Positions 48,153 through 58,124 are shown, counted from the stretch's first letter. The stretch is DNA of 64,000 bases from Fibrobacteria bacterium (GCA_037447435.1 JBBIGR010000002.1:160001-224000), one strand, 5' to 3'. Numbers and translations: made by a program. The notes: a model not told the origin generated them from the letters alone.

Positions 48153-50740
48153 TTTGATTTTTTAATTCTGTTTTTGTACATTTTTTTTATTCGAACGCCG
48201 GTAAGCGGTTTTGCTTTTTTCTGTTTCTTGATATTCTCTTTTTTCATGGCAACGGGCACAACCGGTTCTTCAACCGTATTTTTGCGAGGCATTTTATTTT
48301 CCGTAACTGCGGCCGGCTCGATTTTTTCCTGCGCCGCATCCATGAGCGAAATATGCTTTTGAATTTCTTTGATTTTTTCCGCAATCGTCTCATTGTCCGG
48401 GTCCGATTGTAAAATTCTTTGGAAAATTTGCAATGCCATGACCGGCTGTCCCTGTTGGAAATAGATGTCCGCAAGCGTAGGAGTAAGAACATGGTCGGGA
48501 ATCGAATATTGGTCCGTCGCTGCGGCATTTTCATCGTTTTTTTGGATTTCGGGCATGAGCAAGGTTTCGGAATTATCTTGTTCGTCAATTTGTTCGGGTT
48601 CCATATCATCATCATCAATCCGGTCCGGCCCCGGTGTCAAGACGATATTTTGCAGCGGATCCAGGGTGTCGTGGTCAAGAAAAATATCCGCCTGCGGCTT
48701 TTCGACGGTTTCATCGGCGTCTTCAAAGACTTCTTCATCGGAAATTTCGGATTTTTCTTCTTCAACGTCGTCTTGTTTGTCTAATTCCGACAACATGATT
48801 TCTTCCGATTTTGAAGTCTCGGCATTTTCACCCGACATCGTGTAAAAACCCTGATTGACTTCAGCCTCTTCCTTTTCACCGTCGGGAATCGAATCGATGC
48901 CCCCGGCGCCGGCTTCCAGCATTTTATCGGAAAAAAGCTCGTCCAACCTGCCGACGACATCATCCCCCGACATTTGCGGCTGCTCATCCGCTGCCACATC
49001 GTCGTCGATACCGTACTCCGCCGCCGCCGAAGGTACCGCGGCAGCTTCTTGATTGACAATCGTATTTTCTTCGGGAGGCAGGGCAATAGTGCCTATCATC
49101 GTCGCATCGTCGGAAGGCATTTCTTCATCGGAAATATCGCCGCCGATCATAATGTTTTGTTCTTCAAAAGCGACATCGGGCGCATCCGACGCGACCGGGG
49201 TATCGGAAATGTCAAGGCTTTCAGTAACGCCCGCGTCCTCCAGGCTGTTAACTTTGTCGATTTCATTTTCCTCGTCCTCAAAAATCGATTCCAAACGGGA
49301 AGCGACATCGTCACCGGATATCACGGAAGCAACGGCTGAATGTTGCAAATCCTGTTCATCGATAGGGCCGGGCATGGTTTCAAGAACATCCATGCCGTCA
49401 CCCCGATTTTCTTCTTCCTCATGGTTATCCCTCGGAAGCAGGTCCTCCGGCATCTCGGCGGGAATATCGCTTTCCGAAACGGCCTTTTGTTCTTCATCGA
49501 GCATCGTACTGTGCATGTCAAGCAATTTCCCGATTTCGGCCAAAGGCGCTTCGATCGACGATGTATTGTCTGAAAACATTTCATTCAAACGCTCGGTAAC
49601 ATCCTCGCCGGAAATGTTCTGTCCCTCAATGAGCGAGGGAGCGGACTTCGGCGGATCGATAAGAACCGCTTCGGTTGATGTTGAAAGGACTTCCGGCTCC
49701 TTGATCATTGCTTTTGGATCATACGCTTGGGTAAAATCGGATACCATATCCGTATCTGCCGGTTCTGCTTGAGGCGTCGTGTCTCCGAACAATTGCTCCA
49801 GCCTCGAGGTAATATCGCTTCCCGAAACAACGGGAACGGCCGCAGCCTCTTGTATGTCTACCAATGATGCCGCGGAAGTTTCTTCATGCAGGATTCCCTG
49901 ATCTTCGGCAACGCTTTCGATTACTTCATTTGCTTCGCCCGAATCTTTATCGAGTGGTCCGGCCTCGTTCTGGGAAATATCCGGTACGGTAAGCTCTTCC
50001 GATTCTCCATTGCCGAACAACATCGACATTCTGGAACTGACATCATCCCCGGTTATTGCGTCGGCCTGTTTTATTTCGGGAGCATCGCTATCGACCAATT
50101 GCTCGGTGCCGGTCAATTCTCCCGGCTTAAATTCCTGCGTTTTTACGAACATTTCGCCGATATTCGAGGTTTGTTCCATTACAGGCGAAAAAGGTTGTGT
50201 GGACAAATCCATTTGAATGGTTTTATCCATGTCTTCCACGGAGTCAAAATGATCTTGCGAAGAAGACGGAGCTGCCGGAGTTTTTTGAGAAGACACCCCG
50301 AGAATTTTCAGTATGTTGGTTTCACCCGTTCCGGCGGACGCATTTGCAAGCCGGGCTAAAGACTGGTTTTCCGGGTCCATTCGCAATAAATACGTGTACA
50401 AATCAGCCGCTTTTTCCTTCATCCCCTGTCGCGCGTAGATATCGGCTATCATTTTTACCGCTACCTGGTTTCTTCTATCGAGCTCGACAACGCGGACAAA
50501 CTCCCCGATCGCTTCTTTAATCTTTTCCTGTTCAAGATAGCAACGTCCGAGGATAACCCTTCCCGTGATATAATTGGGGTGAACGCTCAGGCCTTGCGTG
50601 CAAACGCCGATGGCATCCTGGATTTCCCCTTTTTTCCTAAAGCAATCGGCGAGCCGTGAAAAAACCAATGACTGGGAATTTTCAGTCAAGGCTTCCTGAT
50701 AAAACTTTATCGATGCTTCTTCCTGCCTCACCATAGACAT
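48149..50740 (-). CDS. TPR protein with a long acidic linker containing five SGDDV..RL..LF repeats
   Basis: N-terminal TPRs (FSRLADCFRKKG..., GRVILGRCY), a D/E-rich middle, C-terminal TPTLADIYFQQG TPR and a basic tail. Confidence 0.8.
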   Translation of the reverse strand: MSMVRQEEASIKFYQEALTENSQSLVFSRLADCFRKKGEIQDAIGVCTQGLSVHPNYITGRVILGRCYLEQEKIKEAIGEFVRVVELDRRNQVAVKMIADIYARQGMKEKAADLYTYLLRMDPENQSLARLANASAGTGETNILKILGVSSQKTPAAPSSSQDHFDSVEDMDKTIQMDLSTQPFSPVMEQTSNIGEMFVKTQEFKPGELTGTEQLVDSDAPEIKQADAITGDDVSSRMSMLFGNGESEELTVPDISQNEAGPLDKDSGEANEVIESVAEDQGILHEETSAASLVDIQEAAAVPVVSGSDITSRLEQLFGDTTPQAEPADTDMVSDFTQAYDPKAMIKEPEVLSTSTEAVLIDPPKSAPSLIEGQNISGEDVTERLNEMFSDNTSSIEAPLAEIGKLLDMHSTMLDEEQKAVSESDIPAEMPEDLLPRDNHEEEENRGDGMDVLETMPGPIDEQDLQHSAVASVISGDDVASRLESIFEDEENEIDKVNSLEDAGVTESLDISDTPVASDAPDVAFEEQNIMIGGDISDEEMPSDDATMIGTIALPPEENTIVNQEAAAVPSAAAEYGIDDDVAADEQPQMSGDDVVGRLDELFSDKMLEAGAGGIDSIPDGEKEEAEVNQGFYTMSGENAETSKSEEIMLSELDKQDDVEEEKSEISDEEVFEDADETVEKPQADIFLDHDTLDPLQNIVLTPGPDRIDDDDMEPEQIDEQDNSETLLMPEIQKNDENAAATDQYSIPDHVLTPTLADIYFQQGQPVMALQIFQRILQSDPDNETIAEKIKEIQKHISLMDAAQEKIEPAAVTENKMPRKNTVEEPVVPVAMKKENIKKQKKAKPLTGVRIKKMYKNRIKKSK

Positions 50741-50869
50741 TGCTCCTCAAAAGGGCTGATCCGTTGCGGGGCAACGGATAGTTTTAACCGGATAATTTTT
50801 ATATACCGAACGGAGTACCGTACATACAATCTTACTATGAAACGCTTTTTTTTTCAATCGAGAATATTC

Positions 50870-51406
50870 TTATTTGTTTATTTCAATTTTTTTAACGAGC
50901 AAGGAAGTGGAATGGTCTTTTAAAAATGAAACGATTTGAACCCTGCCGCCGTATTTTTCAACGACCGGCTTTTCGAGTATATCCTCGGAATAATCGCCGC
51001 CTTTAACATGGATGTCCGGGCGAATTACCTCAAGAAAGGCACGGGGATCGTTTTCCCTAAAAATAAAAGCAAAATCGACCATGGCCAAGCTTGCCACGAT
51101 TGTCAGCCTATCTTGCTCGCTTTGCAACGGTCTTTTGGGTCCTTTTAAATTCCTGACCACCTCATCGCAGTTGATACCCACAACCAGGTAATCGCCGAGT
51201 GAAGCAGCTTCGGACAGGTATTGAACATGCCCTGCATGAACAATATCGAAACACCCGTTTGTCGTTACGATTGTTTTGCCGTTTTTTCGCGCTTGGTCCA
51301 AAGCGGCTTTAACGTCCATAGACGATGCCAGGGCTTTTTGGGAAACTATAAAATCCTTCATTACATCAAAATAATTTTCGTCAGGAGACAATTGGCTGGC
51401 GATCAC
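50870..51406 (-). CDS. rfaE2: ADP-heptose synthase adenylyltransferase (RfaE domain II)
   Basis: TNGCFDIVHAGHVQYL, LKGPKRP, RPDIHVKGGDY and HSTS. The true start may be ATG 51361. Confidence 0.88.
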   Translation of the reverse strand: MIASQLSPDENYFDVMKDFIVSQKALASSMDVKAALDQARKNGKTIVTTNGCFDIVHAGHVQYLSEAASLGDYLVVGINCDEVVRNLKGPKRPLQSEQDRLTIVASLAMVDFAFIFRENDPRAFLEVIRPDIHVKGGDYSEDILEKPVVEKYGGRVQIVSFLKDHSTSLLVKKIEINK

Positions 51407-51415
51407 TTTTTTTTA

Positions 51416-51441
51416 AAGAATGTGACGGCCGTCACATTCTT
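51416..51441. promoter_or_regulatory. Perfect palindrome containing a CRP-family box (TGTGA-N6-TCACA)
   Basis: AAGAATGTGACGG|CCGTCACATTCTT in a divergent intergenic region. Confidence 0.6.
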
Positions 51442-51568
51442 AGGGTTTTGCCCCGAATCATTTTTCACAGCAACGCATTAAACGCAGGAACTGAAAATCC
51501 TTTAATTTTTTATCTTTAATCATGTATATTGACACAGCAATAATAACCAAAAACGCCGCTCGAAAGGG

Positions 51569-52159
51569 ATGAAAATGAAACGCGCAATTCTTTTTGTGTT
51601 AGCATTGACGACAATTCTTTTTTCCCAAAACCCTTGCGATGATCCCCGATACCTTGCGCTCAAGAAAAAAAACATAGACAGTATGTCGCAACGCGAATTC
51701 GAATATTTCATGCTCAAGGAAAAGTATTGCATAGACGATGCGAGCAGGACCTCATCGCGGGCACAATGCACGTTGAGCGTTACCATAGACTCGGCCATAA
51801 TCGACGGCAAAGAAAAGGATTTCAAACTGTTTATCGATGACGTTGAAATGCCTGCGAAAGGCCATTGCATCGTGAGTCCGATTACTCCCGGCGTTCACAA
51901 GATAAGCCTTTTTTCCCTGGAGGAAATCGACGACTTTGAGAAAAAAATCAATCGCCGCATTATGACAAACGATAGCAAAAGTCATTTCTTCGGCATCGGC
52001 GTCATGGAAGTGCGGCTGAGGCAAATGAAAAACACGGTAAAAACCATCAGCGCCTCGCTCGGCAAGAAAATCAACGTTCATTATAAATTTTTCTGCGATA
52101 CCGGGAAAACCGGAAAATGTACCGACGACGGATGGATTTTTACGCCGGAATCGAATTAA
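51569..52159 (+). CDS. Hypothetical secreted protein
   Basis: Signal peptide MKRAILFVLALTTILFS-Q, several Cys, followed by a terminator. Confidence 0.65.
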   Translation: MKMKRAILFVLALTTILFSQNPCDDPRYLALKKKNIDSMSQREFEYFMLKEKYCIDDASRTSSRAQCTLSVTIDSAIIDGKEKDFKLFIDDVEMPAKGHCIVSPITPGVHKISLFSLEEIDDFEKKINRRIMTNDSKSHFFGIGVMEVRLRQMKNTVKTISASLGKKINVHYKFFCDTGKTGKCTDDGWIFTPESN

Positions 52160-52169
52160 CAAATCAAAA

Positions 52170-52203
52170 AAAAGGCCCTGTTTGTTTCCAAACAGGGCCT
52201 TTT
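52170..52203. terminator. Bidirectional Rho-independent terminator
   Basis: AAAAGGCCCTGTTTG-tttc-CAAACAGGGCCTTTT between convergent genes. Confidence 0.88.
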
Positions 52204-52206
52204 CAA

Positions 52207-52234
52207 TAGAGACGCGGATATACCGCGTCTCTAC
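52207..52234 (-). repeat. GTAG-type REP-like palindrome
   Basis: The minus strand reads GTAGAGACGCGG-tatat-CCGCGTCTCTA (11-bp stem). Confidence 0.6.
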
Positions 52235-52247
52235 ATACATATCCCGA

Positions 52248-53852
52248 TTACGGATTATATTCTTTCAATACTTCCTTATTGACAACCTGCATTTCAACCC
52301 GGCGATTGATTTTTCTGCCGCCTGCAGTGCGATTGTCGGCCTTGGGTCTGTCCGGACCGTAACCGACCGCGGTCAGCCGGGTGACAAGTTCCGGCGCTAC
52401 CTGAAATAAATACTGCCGAACCGATTCGGCCCGGGCGCTCGACAATCTTCTGTTCGCTTCGATGCCGCCGATATTATCGGTATGTCCGCCTATCTCGATG
52501 ACGAGCTTGGGATACTTTGTCAACATTTTTCCGATAATATTAAGGTACGGTTTTGAATTAATGGAAATTTCCGTTTTTCCCGTTTCAAAATAGACCGCAT
52601 CGAGAATGAGCATACCGGTAGAGAGCAATTGCTTTTCAGCATCGCTTCGTTTCGACATTTCCTCCTGTAACCGTTTTTTCGCATCGACAAGAGCGATTGA
52701 ATCCTGATGTATCTTGGCCGCAAGCGAATCGGCCCGGCGCTTTTCGGCCTCTTGCCTTTGTACCGCGGCAACGGAATCGGCTTTCATTTTTTGCACCAAA
52801 TTAAGGGAGTCGGATTTCATTTTCCTGGATAAGCTGTCCGATTCCGCGATAAGTTTCGCTTTGCTTGAAATCAGGTCTTGTTTTTCCTGAGCCTCTTTGG
52901 CGGCTTTCTCCTTATCTGCTTTTCTCTTTTCAGCAAGCAAATCGAAGGTAAAGTCAAGTCCTGCAAAAACACGATATTTCGCCAATGCCGGAGCAAGATT
53001 CTGGTCCGATCTTGCTTGCGAAACGGAAAAATCGGCGCCGAGAACGACATTCATAAAATACGGCGTTCTAAAATGCAATGACGGCGTCACCCACATCGGG
53101 TCCGACGCGATCGTTGCATTATCGCTCCAGGTGCTTCGTGAATTGAATTCTATTCCTATCGAAAGCAGGGAAAGCGGATTGACCTGTAACCCGGCGGCAA
53201 ACATGATATAGGTACTCCTGTTGCTCTCGGTGGAGAACACGGCTCCTTCGTTAAAGTGAAGCATTATTCCCTGCGATACTTTACCGAAAATAAACGATTG
53301 GAGCAGTTTTCCCATGAAATCGTAACCCGTTCTTGTTTCAAAGTAGTTGTACCCGTCGGCTTTATTGGAATCAAGCTGATTGCCGGACGTTCCTCCGATT
53401 ACAATGCCTTGCGCCGCTAAATGAAAGGGAGACGTGCTTGGAAAAGGAAGCGCGCCTTCAATGCCGGCCAGTATCGTGCCTATCCCCGATTTCGGCGTAG
53501 CATCATAGTCCCGAGTGGTAAAAATGACGCCGGATGCGAAAATATCTATAAAGGGATTTACACCGAAAGACATTGCGCCGATACTCGTTAAGATCTGAGC
53601 GTCTTTATTCGGAGCCAAATCGAGCGGATTTTGACCGACCGCATCCTGCTTATACCAGGTTTGCAATAATGAAAACGACAACCTCCCTGCTCCCAACGTT
53701 TGCGCAGAATGGGTTTGTACCAATCCGCTCGTTCCTAAACAGGTGAATGTAGGATTTGTCGCATCATCGTTTTCCGTCTGACTAAAGCCGGGAAAAATCA
53801 GGCAGGTAATTCCCAAAAACAACAAACTCATATGCTTGAGAATGACGCGCAT
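52248..53852 (-). CDS. OmpA-family outer membrane protein (barrel + coiled coil + OmpA_C)
   Basis: Signal peptide from ATG 53852; VYFETGK, IEIGGHTDNIG...NRRLS.ARAESV, GYG...P.ADN and NRRVE. Confidence 0.9.
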   Translation of the reverse strand: MRVILKHMSLLFLGITCLIFPGFSQTENDDATNPTFTCLGTSGLVQTHSAQTLGAGRLSFSLLQTWYKQDAVGQNPLDLAPNKDAQILTSIGAMSFGVNPFIDIFASGVIFTTRDYDATPKSGIGTILAGIEGALPFPSTSPFHLAAQGIVIGGTSGNQLDSNKADGYNYFETRTGYDFMGKLLQSFIFGKVSQGIMLHFNEGAVFSTESNRSTYIMFAAGLQVNPLSLLSIGIEFNSRSTWSDNATIASDPMWVTPSLHFRTPYFMNVVLGADFSVSQARSDQNLAPALAKYRVFAGLDFTFDLLAEKRKADKEKAAKEAQEKQDLISSKAKLIAESDSLSRKMKSDSLNLVQKMKADSVAAVQRQEAEKRRADSLAAKIHQDSIALVDAKKRLQEEMSKRSDAEKQLLSTGMLILDAVYFETGKTEISINSKPYLNIIGKMLTKYPKLVIEIGGHTDNIGGIEANRRLSSARAESVRQYLFQVAPELVTRLTAVGYGPDRPKADNRTAGGRKINRRVEMQVVNKEVLKEYNP

Positions 53853-53959
53853 TACGGATTCCCCTTTCAATAAATTATTCGACAAGTAATATGCTATCAA
53901 ATTAGGTTAAAAAAAATCATAAAACAACTATTTCTTTCAATCGGCAAAACCGGCGGATT

Positions 53960-55741
53960 TTAATTACAAAATTCGGCGATTGCAGACACGAATTTCGCGT
54001 TTTCATGGGACAATCGTACAGCGATACGCAAATAAGGATGATCGTCGTTAAATTTATGCGAAATATCTTTAACAAATATGGAATGCCGCGACAATAGATT
54101 ATTGACAATTTCGGCAGCCATGTTTTTTTTGCCCCGAAGTCTTGCTAAAAAGAAATTCCCCTGGCTGGGAAACACGGTATCGACACAGGAAAGTTTCGAC
54201 AATGCGGTCATAAATTCCTGCCGGTCTCTGATCGTGTCCTGGAAGGATCCGGCGAGACTTTTACGGTGTTTCAAAATGATTTCCATGGTAAACTCGGCCA
54301 TTGAATTCATGTTCCAAATCGGAATTTTATTTCCTGCAAACGCCATGAAATCCTTATCGGTACTATACACATATCCTAAACGAAGCCCGGGCATACCCAT
54401 GGATTTACTCAGACTTTTAACGATTATGACATTTTCGAGCCCGCCCTTTTCACATGCGGGCATAATCGATCCGGCAACGGAAAATTCGATAAACGATTCA
54501 TCGACAACAATCGTTTTCTTCGGGTTTTTTCCGGCGTATGTTTCGATCCATTTGGCATCCAATGAGGAGCCCGTCGGGTTATTGGGGTTGACAAAGACAA
54601 CAACGTCGCAGGGGCCGGCCTTTTCTTCGATTTCCCGGACGTCAAAACCGACCGCATCTCCGTAGGTTTTTGCATTGGGAAATATCCGGGTGTATTCTCC
54701 AAAAGTAGGGCTCGGAATGCAAACCTTCTTTTCCGAAAATCTCATTTGCAATACCGGGAAGATCTGCGACGCCCCTCCCAATGCATGCACGTTCTCCTGC
54801 CTGCACAACAGAAACCAGGCCATTTTCCGGTCGAGCACGCTTTGGCGAGAACCGTAATTGTATAATAATTCGGGCAAGCTGTTGCGCATCTCGGAAATTA
54901 TCGAAGAATTGGGGAAATACATGTTCCTGATAAAGGCGAAATCGAGTATGTCGTAATTCCAATATCCGCCGAAACCTTCCTCAAGAATAGACAGTCTCTT
55001 GTTTTCGTCGAACGCAAATTCGGCAACATGCAGATCGTTGGGATCATCGACTTCGGCCCATTTTTCTCCCGATAGTATTTCCGCATGCACGGTTTCTTGC
55101 TGCATATAAATGAGAATACCCAGTATCAATTCGTAATAGCAATTATCGTTTATGACGGTTGCATAATAGGTGAGGAGCTTTTTAAACGTCGAATTGCAGA
55201 ATTCTTTGGAAAATTTGTAAATATTCAGCGTCTTATACTTATCGGAAAAATCGAATTTTTCATCCTGCAAATGCGGCGGGATCACGCTGGAAATGACCCC
55301 GTTTTCCACAGTCACCACGGTCCCGTCCATACCGCTGCGGTATTTGTCCACCAAAGCCGCATTTTTAAAAGGCGACTCTATTATCCGCCGTATGACGGCA
55401 CCTTGATATATCAGATCGGATTCGATAAGAATGATATCGTCGTCGATGACCGTATTTTCGAAAGCCCTGGCCATCGAATAAATATTGTTTGTCTCGCGAT
55501 ATCTTTCGTTGTGCACGAAATGCAATGATACGTCCGGATATCTTTTGGTAAGAAACGTCCGCAGTTCCGCATCCCTGTAACCGGTCACGACGATTATCTC
55601 ATGAACGCCGTTATCGACCAATCCGTCGACTATCCCTTCGATGATGGTTTTTCCGCAAACCGTAAGCAATGTCTTGTGAACATTATCCGTCAACGGGCGC
55701 ATGCGGTTTCCATAACCGGCGGCCAAAATAATAGCCTTCAT
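53960..55741 (-). CDS. Fusion of a LicC-like nucleotidyltransferase and a HisC/CobD-like PLP enzyme
   Basis: MKAIILAAGYGNRMRPLT, ETNNIYS, IESDL and WAEVDD; then PTFGEY, VNPNNPTG, VDESFIEF and KSLSKSMGMPGLRLGY. Confidence 0.88.
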   Translation of the reverse strand: MKAIILAAGYGNRMRPLTDNVHKTLLTVCGKTIIEGIVDGLVDNGVHEIIVVTGYRDAELRTFLTKRYPDVSLHFVHNERYRETNNIYSMARAFENTVIDDDIILIESDLIYQGAVIRRIIESPFKNAALVDKYRSGMDGTVVTVENGVISSVIPPHLQDEKFDFSDKYKTLNIYKFSKEFCNSTFKKLLTYYATVINDNCYYELILGILIYMQQETVHAEILSGEKWAEVDDPNDLHVAEFAFDENKRLSILEEGFGGYWNYDILDFAFIRNMYFPNSSIISEMRNSLPELLYNYGSRQSVLDRKMAWFLLCRQENVHALGGASQIFPVLQMRFSEKKVCIPSPTFGEYTRIFPNAKTYGDAVGFDVREIEEKAGPCDVVVFVNPNNPTGSSLDAKWIETYAGKNPKKTIVVDESFIEFSVAGSIMPACEKGGLENVIIVKSLSKSMGMPGLRLGYVYSTDKDFMAFAGNKIPIWNMNSMAEFTMEIILKHRKSLAGSFQDTIRDRQEFMTALSKLSCVDTVFPSQGNFFLARLRGKKNMAAEIVNNLLSRHSIFVKDISHKFNDDHPYLRIAVRLSHENAKFVSAIAEFCN

Positions 55742-55924
55742 GAAATTAGACCTTCCCTAAAAAAAATATCCTTAATTTTCCTCGTGTTAAAATATATCCT
55801 TTTGCTTTCTATAGGTGCAAGATCGAGAGGCGTTTTAAAATCGGACCGGATTCAACAGGTATAACCGCAAATTTCGGTGTGATTAATTATATTTGTATCA
55901 ATACTCATTCCCAAGCGGTTATGA

Positions 55925-56896
55925 ATGCCAAAAGAACTAATAATTATGCCGAATTGGATAGGAGATTGCGCATTGGCGCTATCCATTGTCCATCGGAAAA
56001 TAGTGATGCAGAATGCCGATGTGACGCTGTTGGTTCCTAAAAATCTCGCCCCAATGTGTACAATCCTTTCCGGCCTTCCCGTCATACCCTGGACAAAAAG
56101 CGGTTTGAAAGAAAACTGGGCTGTATTGAATCAAATTCGTAGCCGGAATTTTGATTCGGTCTATGTCCTTCCCCATTCGTTTTCTTCGGCATTATTCGCC
56201 TTTTTAACCGGCATAAAAAAACGGCGAGGGGTGAACAAAGAACTGCGAAGTATTTTTTTCTCGCAAGCGCTTCCGTATTCCGTTCGAAACCGAAGCCAAC
56301 ATATTACATATGAATACGCTTTGGTCCTTGAAACGGATTTCGTCCCGCCCGATTACTGGCAAGGCGTCGATATAGATAAATCGGTCGAACATGCGGGAAA
56401 AATCGTTTTCTGTCCCGGTGCAATGTACGGCAAGGCGAAACAGTGGAGCGGCTTTACCGCTCTTGCGCAATTGCTCCCTTCGAAAAAAATAATCGTCCTG
56501 GGCGATAAACGCGACTATGACATTGCAGCGGAAATACAAAACGGTTCCCCGAATAATGTCGTGAACCTTGTCGGTAAAACGAATTTGCTTGAGGCGTGCA
56601 GGATCATTGCGGGAGCGTCGGTCGTCGTATCAAATGATTCCGGACTTATGCATTTAGCGGGCTATTGCGGCACACCGGTAATCGGTATTTTCGGATCGAC
56701 CTCGCCGTTATGGACCAGGCCGCTGGGGACAAAGGCAAAAATAGCTTCGGTCAAGTACGAATGTTCCCCCTGCCTCGAACGGACCTGCAAATTCAAACAT
56801 TATAATTGTCTGAACCTTGTCAAACCGGAACAGGTCTCTCAAATGGTCTTGGACCTTATCGCGGATCCTTCTTCCCATCATAGGCACGGTCGATAA
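55925..56896 (+). CDS. waaF: LPS heptosyltransferase II (GT9)
   Basis: PNWIGD, LPHSFSSAL, CPGA.YG.AKQW, NLVGKTNL, VSNDSGLMHLA and IFGST. Confidence 0.88.
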   Translation: MPKELIIMPNWIGDCALALSIVHRKIVMQNADVTLLVPKNLAPMCTILSGLPVIPWTKSGLKENWAVLNQIRSRNFDSVYVLPHSFSSALFAFLTGIKKRRGVNKELRSIFFSQALPYSVRNRSQHITYEYALVLETDFVPPDYWQGVDIDKSVEHAGKIVFCPGAMYGKAKQWSGFTALAQLLPSKKIIVLGDKRDYDIAAEIQNGSPNNVVNLVGKTNLLEACRIIAGASVVVSNDSGLMHLAGYCGTPVIGIFGSTSPLWTRPLGTKAKIASVKYECSPCLERTCKFKHYNCLNLVKPEQVSQMVLDLIADPSSHHRHGR

Positions 56897-58124
56897 GTTT
56901 CCTCTTTTCCCGTTTCATGCGCACGTTCATTGCAAATAATGAAATATAAGAGAGAACCGGAAGAAGTTTTCCCAAAAAAGGCGTTTGTATCCGGATTGCC
57001 CGGCTCGGACAGCATTCCTGACAGCAAAAACACCGTATGCATCGGCCGTATCGATATTTCGGCGGGTTTTTGACTCCTTGCTCTTTCCAGTCAACCGCTT
57101 TAGGCGATACCGGACACGAGCGTATGCAATTTCCGCATTTCGTACATTGGGAAGCGTTGATTACCGGACGAGGCACCAAGGCGTTTTTTACCATTCGCAT
57201 GATCCGGTTTGGTCCGACGGCAACCGCAGGAGCCCGGCTGACCGCAAAATCGGGAGTGATTAAAGGCGTCACGTCATCACCCACGATAGTGATGCTTTGA
57301 GGCAAATAATTTCCGCGCCCCGCATTTGCATGGGCGACATTGGTCGGTACGAGTTCCGGGGAAAGTCCTATGATGCGCGCCGCGACGCTGTCGCAGGCGC
57401 AAGGATCCGTTGAAAAAAGCAATACGCCTAAATGCCTCGGATCGCCGCTTTGCGGCCCGTTGCCTTCCATTGCCGTAATACCGTCCAAAACATATAAACG
57501 CGGCCCTACAAACGCGGTAATATCCGAAAGCAATTTTGAAAATTCCATGACGTCGGGAATACGGGCGTGATATTGGCCCTTATATAAACCCGGAACGCAT
57601 CCGTATTGGTTTTTCACCGCGCCGGTCATTCGGGTCAACCCATGCGTTTTTAATTTCGCTACGCTGACGACGCCGTCGCTTTCCAAAACCCCCTTGGCTA
57701 TGACAAACGATTTATAGGCGGCGTTTTCCCCCGCGGCAACGGTTTCCCCGTTGTCCATATCGGCCATCGCCATGCCGAAGTCCCGGGCGATTTCAAAATA
57801 GCCGCATTTTTTCATGGTCGGACCGCATTTTCCCCATCCGGAATACAACGCGGGAGAATCGCCATAAGTCAATTTGCATCCGGTTGTTTTAAGAACCGCA
57901 CAGACGGCCTTAAAAACCGCCGGATGGGTGACGACGCACAACGCAGGATCGGTCGCATTAAGCGCATTGGGTTTAACGAGCACGGTCTCATGCGCTTTTG
58001 CGAAAAGCGCCGCTCCCCCCAAAAGGTCTATTCCGCGTTTCACCGCCGCAAAAACAGCCCCGTCGTCATAGGAACGGCAGGCAACGCAGGCGACGGTCGA
58101 TTGAGGAAGAGGTTGCATGATCAT
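56856..58124 (-). CDS. DUF362 domain protein with a C-terminal 2x[4Fe-4S] ferredoxin domain
   Basis: VLVKPN, THP, KLKTH....TGAVKN.YG, MEGNGP, CTKCGNCIRSCP and CIRCFCCQECCP. ATG 58124 overlaps the lpxB stop. Confidence 0.9.
   Translation of the reverse strand: MIMQPLPQSTVACVACRSYDDGAVFAAVKRGIDLLGGAALFAKAHETVLVKPNALNATDPALCVVTHPAVFKAVCAVLKTTGCKLTYGDSPALYSGWGKCGPTMKKCGYFEIARDFGMAMADMDNGETVAAGENAAYKSFVIAKGVLESDGVVSVAKLKTHGLTRMTGAVKNQYGCVPGLYKGQYHARIPDVMEFSKLLSDITAFVGPRLYVLDGITAMEGNGPQSGDPRHLGVLLFSTDPCACDSVAARIIGLSPELVPTNVAHANAGRGNYLPQSITIVGDDVTPLITPDFAVSRAPAVAVGPNRIMRMVKNALVPRPVINASQCTKCGNCIRSCPVSPKAVDWKEQGVKNPPKYRYGRCIRCFCCQECCPSRAIRIQTPFLGKLLPVLSYISLFAMNVRMKREKRKLIDRAYDGKKDPR

Noticed and set aside
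49053..49772. Ser-rich 239-aa ORF and neighbouring plus-strand ORFs
   Set aside because: They are antisense artefacts of the Asp/Glu-rich TPR gene.
50759..50779. Hairpin ATCCGTTGC-ggg-GCAACGGAT upstream of the TPR gene
   Set aside because: It is a real 9-bp stem, but single-copy and without a U-tract, so no function can be supported.
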